Source: Nemertoderma westbladi
Lineage: Eukaryota; Animalia; Xenacoelomorpha
Reading direction: 5' to 3'
Assembly (NCBI GenBank): GCA_032718475.1
Contig: JAUCBJ010002551.1
Coordinates: 20,160 to 84,159 of the forward strand
DNA length: 64,000 nt
Shown here one piece after another: positions 23,875 to 34,400 of the stretch. The notes under the pieces were generated by a model, which was not told the origin of the DNA, did no database searches, and saw only the letters and a list, made by a program, of their open reading frames with translations. A program made the position numbers and the translations under genes. Positions within the stretch are counted from its first letter, which is position 1; every line of letters begins with the position of its first letter.

Positions 23875-25862
23875 ACTTCGAACATCGGTTATGCAACCAT
23901 GGACACGCCCCCATCCTGTGGCTCGACTCGCGGCAGTAGAGACAACTAGTCCCTTTCTGGAATCGGAACAAACAGCTCCTTTCCTGGTGGGTCTGTCTCC
24001 CACAGTAGTCACAGCCAAGCACCAATGTCTCCCGCCCCACGTCGTCTTTCGTCCCAAGCGATCTCCGCGGTCTGTGGAGTCGCTGGTAGGCGAACTTCTG
24101 GACGTTAGTGTCCCTGTCTACGTCGATCTCCTCGCCCCTCTCGGGCATCATCTCCCCGAATACTACCTGTGGTGCCGTCCCCGGTTGCTCGCCCAACCTG
24201 ATAGTGCTCCCCGCGAAATCCATCGCCGGTTCCTTGTGCACCCAGGCCCGCTTGCCGGGTTTATCCCAGAAGGCCCTCGCCCCACTGGCCGTCACCACCC
24301 TCCCGCCAACCCAGTCCGTGTCCGAGTGGCCTATCCTCCCGATGGGCGGCATCTCTCCGAACTCGTCATCATCTTCGTCCTCCTCTGGCAGTGGCTCCAA
24401 CCCCGGTATCCCGGTGGATCCACTATGTCCCTTCCCGCCTTGGCTCTCGCCCGTAGCTCTCCATCCCTCTAGCTCCCCTAACTTCCTTAGCGGTTGGTCG
24501 CCTTCGGCGCCCGCTGGTATGGGCATCGCTTGCAACCCCGACATCGACTGTTTCGGCGATCCCACCGTCCATCCCAGTTCTCGCCCTAGAGACTCCCCCG
24601 AACTCCCTGATGAAGCCCAACGAAGTTCATCTAAGCCCGCCTGTTCCTCGAAGCCGTAACTCTGCGTCCTGGCCTCCTCCTCCCTCTCCTCTGCTTCTAT
24701 CCTTTCCCGTCTAGCGACTTCTTCCAGTCGCTTCGCCTCTCGTCTATCCGTCTCTAGCTCCTCCCATCTCTGATACGGCGTGTCTAGCTCCCCGTCTACC
24801 AGATGTCGGCTGTTGTAGTACACCGACTCGTCCTTCAGCCCCGGGTGGTCTACCAGACCGTTGAAAGCCGTCTTAAAGGCTCTTCTGTAGCTTAGGGGTG
24901 ATCCCGATAACAGAAATGCCGCTGGTTCCCTCTCGATAACCACGGTCATGAATAAGTTAAGCAGACTTATCATTATCCAATCCTCCTGCAGGATATATTG
25001 CTTCTGATATACCTTTATCGCTCCTCTTCGGAATTGATACACCTCTTGCTTTCCCGGCCTCGCTCCCCACTTTAGCGAGTTCGCTAGTTCTGCTCCGTAT
25101 TCCTCCCTGAACTTCCCCCAGTCCATCGGTTTGTGGCATACGAGCCCCTAATAGCTGGCCCATTGCCACCGCTCCGCATTGGCCTGTGTTCCCGACTAGT
25201 CCCAACCCGTCTGGTGCTGTCATAGCCATGAAGACCTTCTGCATATCCAGGAGGTTGTTGGCGTCCGGACCGATGATTCTCTCTGCGTCCTCGCGAATCG
25301 CCGATCCCACTTTCGTCGTTGACTTCTCCCTCACTAGGACCTGCACCGCCCTCGGCAGCCGGTCCAACTTCGGCCCATCCTTCTTCCCATACGTTCCCAG
25401 GTCAAATAGGAAAATGTCCCCATTTGGCGCGGCCAAATGTAGGAGTATGGTCCTGGCCGATCCTGCCGATCCTCTCCTTGAACCCTCCTCGTCTTCCACA
25501 GTCCCTTCGTCGTCTAGGATCATGTATCCTCCCCTGTTGACGGACTCTATGAACCTCTTCCAATCTTTCCTCGGTGACTCTCTCGCGTACTTCAGACCCC
25601 GAACTTCGCCTCGTCTCCTTTCACCACGTAGTGGAAATGCTCGAAGATCGCGTTGTCCAGCGACGGCATCCCGTAGGTCCCGACCAGCCGCTGTTCATGC
25701 ATCTCCCTGAAGTGGTCCTGTAGCGCTCGTGCTGCGTGACCCTTTCCTAACCGGTCGTAGTATCCCCTCATCCTCTCTTCCGGATGCCTCTTGGTGAAGT
25801 CCACCAGTATCTCCTTTCCTCCTGACTCCGCCTTTCACTTCCTGATCAGTTTCCCCGCCATT
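23875..25862 (-). pseudogene. Accessory ORF3 of BEL element 1: DEDDy (WRN/RNase D-like) 3'-5' exonuclease, acidic/coiled-coil region and CCHC knuckles
   Basis: ORF pieces 25592-25804, 24957-25523 and 23870-25126 join through two frameshifts (~25595, ~25145). Motifs: YMILDDEG (ExoI DxE), LLHLAAPNGDIFLFDL, LPRAVQVLV, KVGSAIREDAERI (ExoII), QKQYILQED (ExoIII-like). C-terminal CDYCGRQTHQERSC and CLYCRESSHRMGAC, plus a truncated third knuckle. Confidence 0.72.
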
Positions 25863-26685
25863 TCGAACTCTCCCGAACGCTCACCTATAAGGTGGTGCCT
25901 TACCAAGGCGCAATATAAGTGAGTGATGCAGCTAGGATGGTCTGTACGGTCCGATAATGGCCTATTCCTTATCTAATTTTGCCTTATAGCCTAAATTCCT
26001 ACTACTTAATTTTGAAGCTATTAAATGTACCCTAATTTGCAATTTTGTCAGTTACTTTTATTATGTTCCAGAATAATTTCCCTACTGTTACCATAATTTG
26101 TAACTTTTTAGCCCTATTCTTATCTTATTTATTTAATTTTTTAATTTAATTCTACTGTGCTACTACTTACTATTACCTATGGATTATTCTAGTTCATAAT
26201 CCACATTCTGACCTATCCTATGGGCCTGTGCAGTACAGCAGTATATGTCGCGTGGCCTACACGATCTATCCAACTGTACTCATATGCCCCCCTCTCGCTA
26301 CTAACTGCTAAGTAATATCCATATTATACATATCCCTTCTACCCCTATTACTAATCGGTACTACGTACCCTCTAACTCTTACTCTAATACCTCTAACTAG
26401 CGGTACTACGTACCCTCTAACTACTCTAACTCCACTAACTAACGGTTTTTTTTTTTTTTTTTTATGCCTCCATCTCTTTATTCAAAAGAACGTAATATGT
26501 TGCCGTAGTAGTAGCACAAACTGATAAAATCAACGTACTGTATTAAAGTTACAAAATTATTAAAATAGTTAATATTAAAAGAAGGTCCAATAAGTAGCAT
26601 CAATAAGAAGTTATCATTTCTTTGTCCACCTTCTTTCTCCAGTTACACTATTGTTATCCATATTCGCGGCCAGTTACCAGAACCC

Positions 26686-29600
26686 TTAGATGTCCCCGTT
26701 TAACCCCTCAGTCGCCGCGCACTCCATCCCTATGTCACGGAAGGGTTGGATTAGGCGTTTCTGTTTTGGAGTCCTAACCCCCCGTAGACACATAATTGAA
26801 GACCGGAGAAGAGCGAAGTTCAACCGGGTTCTTATAAGGGGCACAGTCTTTGAATAGGGAGAGTTTCTCTTTTCGGATATTATAAGTGCGATCCGGTTTA
26901 TGATGGCATGCGCACTTCGGCTGGCTCCACCCGTCGTCGCCATGATGAAGGGCACGAATCCGGCGTGCTCGATCGAGTTCACTCGCTCCTCGTACTTTCT
27001 CCGCTTGTCGCCTTCGTGTTTTCTGTATGCGGAGGGAATGGAACGAGGGTTCGACGCGCATAGAGGGTTGAAAATCTTCACGTCGACGTAAATCCTTTCG
27101 AAACGACCTCCCCATAATCCACTGGCGGCGACATCGAGACGGGCGTCCGGTTCGCGGGTGGTGCCGGCCAACCGGAACTCCTCGCCTTCCACAGGTTGTA
27201 GGGTGGGCTCTACCTCAACATCGTGAGCTGCCTCGTTGAGGAGTTCGGCCAGGTAGTCCCTAATCTCATTGTGTCTTATGGTAGGGTAACCACCTGTCGG
27301 GCAATGGAGACAGTGTGAGATGTCGAATGGAATCCCGCAGACACAGTGGGAAGGCAACCTGTCTGGCAGCCACCCATATCGCAAACACAGACTATCCCGG
27401 AAGGCTGTTTTATGTAGGGAAAATCCGTATTTTTGAATAGGGATGGCTGACAGCCATGCTGAGGCCCCCTTCTCGCAAGAAAGTGTACGGAGATACTTCG
27501 ACTCGTAGGACAGCTGATCGTGAACTGTTTCACACTTGATCTTTCTAAGTTCTGCCCTCTCCTTCATTATTTCAGTGACGATTGGTCTCTGAGATTGCCG
27601 GTAACTTTCAGCTTCGACCCTCAAAGGTTCACAGATCCTACGTGAATGTTCATAGCTGTGTCTTAAGTCGCCAGGTTGGTTTATGGCCATACCGCCCTCT
27701 TTCACTGGGAGGGCGAGTAGCTCCCTCTCTGTGTGCCCTGGTGGGGGCCGGCCTGTTAGTGAGGGAATCAAAGAGTCCACGATATATTGCTCTACACTGT
27801 CTAACTTTGCGGTGAATTCCGGGGTTGTCCGGGACAAGTAGTTAAATTTAGGCTGTAGACTGTAGATAAGACAACTATATGCGGGGTGTGGGGCCGTAAC
27901 AGCAAACTCCTTCAACCTGGTCAGCTGGTCTATGAGTTGTTCAACGCGTTCTGTGAGGAACGTTTCGCATGCCCGGGGAGAACCTATCACCGAACCCAAT
28001 ACCCTGTAGCCATCGGTCAGTTGGACCCCAGTCCCAGCGAATATATCCTCAGCTATGGCCCGATGTTCGTCTTTAACTATAAGGACAGACTTTTTGGCAT
28101 TGGGGAAATACCCATACCCTGGGCCAATCATATTTACCTTCTCCCAGTAGGCTCTTAAACGGCGGAGGCGACCCGCTACATTTCCATCATCTGCAAACCA
28201 TTTTTTGTGATTGAAGGCTTGCTAGGGTGGTTCGCAGGCCCGTCGGCTGAAGGAGGAGACGGACCCGCCACAGACCCGTCGGCTTGAGGAGGAGACAGAC
28301 CCACCACAGACCCGTCGGCTGGAGGAAGGGACAGACCCACCACGGACCCGTCGGCTGGAGGGGGAGATAGACCCACCACAGACCCGTCGGCTGGAGGAGG
28401 AGACAGACCCACCACAGACCCGTCGGGTGAAGGAGGAGACAGACCCACCACAGACCCGTCGGCAGGAGGAAGGGACAGACCCACCACGGACCCGTCGGCT
28501 GGAGGGGGAGACAGACCCACCACAGACCCGTCGGCTGGAGGAAGGGACAGACCCACCACGGACCCGTCGGCTGAAGGAGGAGACAGACCCGCCACAGGCC
28601 CGTCGGCCGGACGAAGGGACAGACCCCCCACGGACCCGTCGGCTGGGGGATGAGACAGACCCATCACAGACCCGCTGGCTGGAGGAAGGGACAGACCCAC
28701 AACAGGCCCGTCGGCTGGAGGTAGGGACAGACCCACCACGGACCCGTCGGCTGGAGGAGGAGCCAGACCCACCACAGACCCGTCGGCTGGAGGAGGAGAC
28801 AGACCCACCACAGACCCGTCGGGTGGAGGAGGAGACAGACCCACCACAGACCCGTCGGGAGGAGGAGGAGACTGACCCACCACAGACCCGTCGGGTGGAG
28901 GAGGAGACTGACCCACCACAGACCCGTCGGCTGGAGGAGGAGACAGACCCACCACAGACCCGTCGGGTGGAGGAGGAGACAGACCCACCACAGACCCGTC
29001 GGGTGGAGGAGACTGACCCACCGCAGACCCGTCGGCTGGAGGAGGAGACAGACCCACCACAGACCCGTCGGGAGGAGGAGACGGACCCGCCACAAACCCG
29101 TCGGGAGGAGGAGACAGACCCACCACAATCCCGTCGGGTGGAGGAGGAGACGGACCCACCACAGACCCGTCGGGAGGAGGAGACAGACCCACCTTAGACC
29201 CGTCAGGAGGGGACAGACCTAAACCAGACCCATCGGCCACCTTAGACCCGTCGGGTGGAGACAGACCCACCACAGACCCGTCGGGTGGAGGAGGAGACGG
29301 ACCCACCACAGACCCGTCGGGAGGAGGAGACAGACCCTCCATAGACCCGTCAGGACGGGACAGACCTAACACAGACTCGTCAGCCACCTTAGACCCGTCG
29401 GGAGGAGACAGACCCACCACAGACCCGTCGGGAGGAGACAGACCCACCACGGACCCGTCGGGAGGAGACTGACCCACCACAGACCCGTCGGGAGGAGACA
29501 GACCTACCACAGACCCGTCGGGAGGAGACAGACCCGCCACAGACCCGTCGGGGGGAGACAGACCCACCAGAGACCCGTCGGGAGGAGACAGACCCACCAC

Positions 29601-30917
29601 AGACCCGTCGGGGGGAGACAGACCCACCACAGACCCGTCGGGAGGAGACGGACCCACCACAGACCCGTCGGGAGGAGACAGACCCACCACAGACCCGTCG
29701 GGAAGAGCCGTACCACTTGTAGGATCTGGTTCAATCGCCAGAAGTCCCAGCTTCCTTATCATTGGTAGGGTTCCCACTCCATACATCGCCAGACCGATAG
29801 GATCCCCTTGTGTGGAGCCCTCCTTGGACCACATAACCTCGTTGTCGACAAATAACGGGGTTGGTTCCCGGTATGTATTTGTAAGGATCACGGATAGTAT
29901 GGGACATATGTGGTGCGCGTTTAGCAGGGTTAACTTTCTATTTAGGGCGTTAAATGCGTTTGAGGCGTCTATCAGTAGTATTCCTTCACATTCCGGGGAT
30001 TCATATTTCTCCCGTAAGGAGTGTATAGCGTGTTCGGTACCTCCAATCTGTCCCACACATAACTGAGTATTACCGGCTATCCTCTCGAGGTCAACCTTAG
30101 CATAACTCATTATCGCTTTACCTATTATTCGCCGGAGCACTTCACCCACGCCGATGGGCCGAACACCAGGTGATTTATCGATCGGTACGAGTCTGCAGGC
30201 GTTAAACGCGATCGCACTCCGGGGATCGATATACTCGGTAGCGAGTCTCCTCGCCACTACCGCCACGGCGTTTCTTAAATCGTTTGATGTGTTGCTGAAG
30301 GCTGTCAGTATCCGCCGCCAACCATCGGCATCCAGGCCCGAAGGCCCGGGTGATCCATGGGTATGTAGCGCCGCAGAAAGGATGGCCTCGCCCTTTATCC
30401 CTTCAAAGACTACAGGGTGGAAGATTAGGGATTCCGCCCATGTGTCTTCGATTAGTGAAGGATCGACTGGACCTGCAGGAGGATGTTTCTCCCGTAATAT
30501 CTCTTTGACGGTTTTATCCCCGACCATTTCATTTAATCCCATAGGCGAACCGCCTTTACCATTAGCTAAAACGTCCATAGCCGCTGCAATTCTGCCGGTA
30601 TTCATCCTGGACACAAAATCTCGGCGTGGTTTATCAGCATCAGTTCGAGGAATGGGTTTAGTTCTTCGGACCTGGATCGCTCTCCCTTCCTCAACTAGAG
30701 CTGAAATATCGCCGGTTTCCCATAGTTCAAGTCTCCTCCTAAGGGTTTGGCTAATACTGGCAGAAGCCCCATAGCCTTCTGAAGGTTTGACGGCGGCCTG
30801 CAACAGGAGTTTCGGGGCCACCATAACGGCTAACAAAGCCACACCTTCCATGTTGGACTTTTCGCCAAACGCTTTCAGGAGTTTTGTTATTGCTATTGTT
30901 AGTGTTAATAGTTTTTG
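26686..30917 (-). pseudogene. RT-RLE ORF of the CRE-like element, with one frameshift near 28200
   Basis: ORFs 28176-30851 and 26686-28131. The second frame extends upstream as KWFADDGNVAGRLRRLRAYWEKVNMIGPGYGYFPN; the shift maps at or just before an A6 run. Confidence 0.85.
28238..29703 (-). repeat. In-frame GC-rich minisatellite (mainly 27/30/33-bp units) inside the RT domain
   Basis: The + strand repeats ACAGACCCACCACAGACCCGTCGG(GA/CT)GGAGGAG. It encodes (P)PPDGSVVGLS repeats between the QGDP and FADD motifs. Confidence 0.95.
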
Positions 30918-31345
30918 CTAACTAACGGTACTACGTACCCTCTTACTACTCTAACTCCACTAACTAACAGTACTACGTACCCTCTTACTACTCTAACTCT
31001 ACTAACTAACGGTACTACGTACCCTCTCGCTACTCTGACTCTACTAACTCCACTAACTCTCTCTACTAACTAACGGTACTACGTACCCTCTTACTAACCT
31101 CTAACTCCACTAACTAATGGTACTACGTACCCTCTTACTACTCTAACTCCACTAACTAACGGTACTACATACCCTCTCACTACTCTGACTCTACTAACTC
31201 CACTAACTCTCTCTACTAACTAACGGTACTACGTACCCTCTTACTAACCTCTAACTCCACTAACTCCACCAACTCTCTCTACTAACTAACGGTACTACGT
31301 ACCTCCTAACTAACTAACTGTTTTCGGTACTACGTACCTCCTAAC
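30918..31345. repeat. ~42-bp minisatellite in the BEL-1 pol/ORF3 spacer; continues at ~26350-26445 on the far side of the CRE insertion
   Basis: Repeats of CTAACTAACGGTACTACGTACCCTCTTACTACTCTAACTCCA with length variants. Confidence 0.9.
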
Positions 31346-31474
31346 TAACTAACTAATTCTAACTCTAATTATTTTTATTTATTTTTATTTTTATGTGTGG
31401 GAAGGGCGTCTCGCCCTCAATCCCACCCCCCTCAGTCCAAAACTTGGACGACTAAACTCCTCTCCAACTCCAAT

Positions 31475-34400
31475 CTAAGGTGCCCCTTCTAGTAGACAGC
31501 ATTTCCCTACAGCTCTCCTGTAGGTTTTTCTGTCCTTCGCACCTATCTTGCCACCTATCCGCACCTCTACCGATCGGACTCTTCCGTCCTCATCGGAGTA
31601 GGTGCCTACAACTCTCGCCAACCGCCACTGGTTGTTGATGATAGTATCATCCGTAACGATTACGAGATCTCCCTCTCTTAACTCCCTATTTGGCCTCCTC
31701 CACTTGCTTCTTTTATGAAGCGTGGGTAGGTATTCCTCAACCCATCTCCTCCAATACTCTGCGCTTATTGCTTTAGCGACTTTCCAACTTTGGCGGGAGT
31801 GTATGTCATCTGGGTCTACACCCCGCATATCGATGGTCGCTGGCCTTTCCATTAGAAAATGGCTGGGCGTCAGCACATCTAGTGATTCAGGGTCATCATT
31901 CTCCGGATATACAGTAGCTGTCTGCTATTAATGATACCCTCACACTTCGCAAGTACTGTTCTCAAGACGTCCTCTGTGACCATATGGGTGTTCATTAACT
32001 TCGTCATGAGACGCTTCGAACTGCCCACCAGTCTCTTGACGCATCCTAGTGTATGCGGTGCATACGGCGTCCTCCTCTCCCACTTTACTTGTCGTCGCCT
32101 TATGGCTGCCCTGACTTCCTCTCCTTCCAGAATGTCCAAGGCCTCTGCCATCTCGTTCTCAGCTCCCACAAAGTTGGTTCCGCTGTCGGAGTACATTACT
32201 GCGATCGTCCCACCTTTGCGGTCTCTAAACCTTTCTAATGCATTAATGAATGCTGATGCGGTTGCATCTTGGGCGAGTTCTATCCCTACCGCCCGTGTGT
32301 TGTTATATACGAAGATAATACCATAGCGTTTCTCCGTGTGCCGCATCACTTTGATCTTTATCGGCCCGAACATGTCCACAACGCAATGCGTAAATGGCGG
32401 GTCGTGTTGTCTTACCCTACTCGCCGGCAGTGGTGCCATCTCCTGTATGGCTCGCTCCTTCTTCGCTCGTCGGCAGGTCTGGCACTGCCCCACTACCGCT
32501 TTTACCTTCTTTCTCAACTGCTTGACCCAAAAGGTCCTCCGTATCTCCGTAAGGGTTCGGTTGGTGCCCCCGTGCAATATCGATTTGTGGGAGTCCCAGA
32601 TAATCTGGTGGACTATTGGCGATCCTGTGGGGATGATGATGGGCTTCGGTGGTACAACGATGCTGTTGTTGTAGCCCACCCTAGAGTTCATTACTAGAAT
32701 CCCGTCATCATTAAGTTGTGGTGACAGCGTGATTAACTCGCTGTCCCGTCGAAGATGCTGTTGCTTACCGACGCGTTCCACCTCGTCGCCGTAGTTCTTC
32801 CGTTGTTCATAGCGGATGACTGCTTTGGCCGCTCCTTCCAGATCTATGGTTGTCCTGATCTTCTTGCCTTTGCCAACTCCCGCGAGGAAATTCCCGAAGG
32901 ATCTCCAGTACGCCACTAATTTCTTGGTCTTATACCAACTAGAGCTGTAGCTGAGGAGTTTATCCGTCGGGTTATCGCACAGTTCTTCTGGTTTAGGTTG
33001 CACGTCCCTTATCTCCCTCACCATCTGGGAGTATATCTCTTCTCCCTCTGAATCTCCTTCTTCTCCCTCTGATACTGCCTCTCCTGAGCCCGGGTCCACC
33101 TTTCTCATCGGTGGCCAGGCCTCCTTGTCGCTCAGAAACTGTGGCCCATGTTGCCACAATACCTCCTTTTTTAAGAATGTGTGGCGTACCACGCCCCTCG
33201 ATAACAAGTCCACTGGGTTCTCGTCCGTTGGGCAGTAGTGCCACCTTTCCAACTCTGTGGTCGCCCTTATTTCGTCCACCCTATTCGCGATGAATATAGG
33301 GTATCTCGTCCTTTCGTTATGTAGCCAACCAAGCACTACCATGGAATCCGTCCAGTAGTGTGTCTCCACTATGTTGGGAATAGTATCCACTAGGTAGGCT
33401 GTGGCCCTAACTCCTAGTCTCGCAGCTGTCAATTCTAGTTTGGGAACTGATGCTGAATCTGGCGGCGTTGACTTCGCTTTGCTAAAGGCCAGTCTGGGCT
33501 TGTGAGCCCCCTCTCGTTGTACTAAATAGAGTGCCGCTCCGTATGCCTCCAACGACGCATCGGAGAACATGTGTAAGTCCAGATTCGTCATGTTCCCATC
33601 CGGGAAATACACTCTTGGCATGCTGTATGTTCCCATCTTCTCCAAACCTTCTGTCCACTTACACCACTGTTTCTTGATCTCTTCTGGTACCTCTACGTCC
33701 CACTCATCCTTCAGTTTGTATACTCTCTTGAGTATCTGTTTCCCCGTGACTAATAGTGGGGATGCTAGACCTAGGGGATCGTATATTCTTGCTATGTATG
33801 ACACATAGCCTCTCTTTGTGTGGATGTCTGCGCCCTCCTGGCTCAGCTGGTACTTCAGTTCATCTGTCTCTCTGTTCCACGCGATTCCCAGTGCCTTCTG
33901 TTGAGACTCTGTCCTCTTGTTCGCCATGTCCTGCCCTTTGGCTGTTGTGGGATTATCCATGGTCGATTCTGGTCTCTCGTCCTCTATCGCCTTGATAAAT
34001 TCCTCCGAACTGGATTGGAATTTGGTCAGGTTAAAGCCGGATCCTTTTAGGATGTCGCGAACCTCGCGCCCTGTGTCCAGTATCTCCTTAACCGTATTTC
34101 CAGACTCCATTCCGTCGTCTACGTAGAAGCCGCGTCGAATCATATCGACGGCCCTAGTGCTGTATCTATCCTCCTTCCCCTTCACTGTATCTCTTACTGC
34201 CATAGTCGTCGTAAATGAAGACGACTTGGCTCCCATGTTCTGTACTACCATCTTGTACATCGGTATTGTCGACGGTTCTTCGTCGCCGTTGTACCATAAG
34301 AAGCGTTGACTGTCGCTATCCTCTTCCGTCACACGGACTTGGTTGAACATGCCTTCTATGTCACACATGAAGGCGTGTTTCCCATTTCTAAATCTAAGTA

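Larger units (their letters stand above)
26446..30917 (-). mobile_element. 5'-truncated CRE-clade-like non-LTR retrotransposon (RT plus restriction-like endonuclease)
   Basis: Poly(A) tail (T18 on + at 26446-26463) and an 11-bp TSD CTAACTAACGG (26435-26445 and 30918-30928). RT motifs GPSG, RPIGVGEVLRR, IDASNAFN, QGDP, WFADD. C-terminal CVCG...HCLHC, RHNEIRD, ARLDV...VDVKI...EGDKRRKY (RLE). Confidence 0.88.

Noticed and set aside
28427-29197. Plus-strand EEETDPPQTRR repeat protein and other overlapping ORFs
   Set aside because: Antisense or alternative-frame readings of the minisatellite inside the CRE-like RT.
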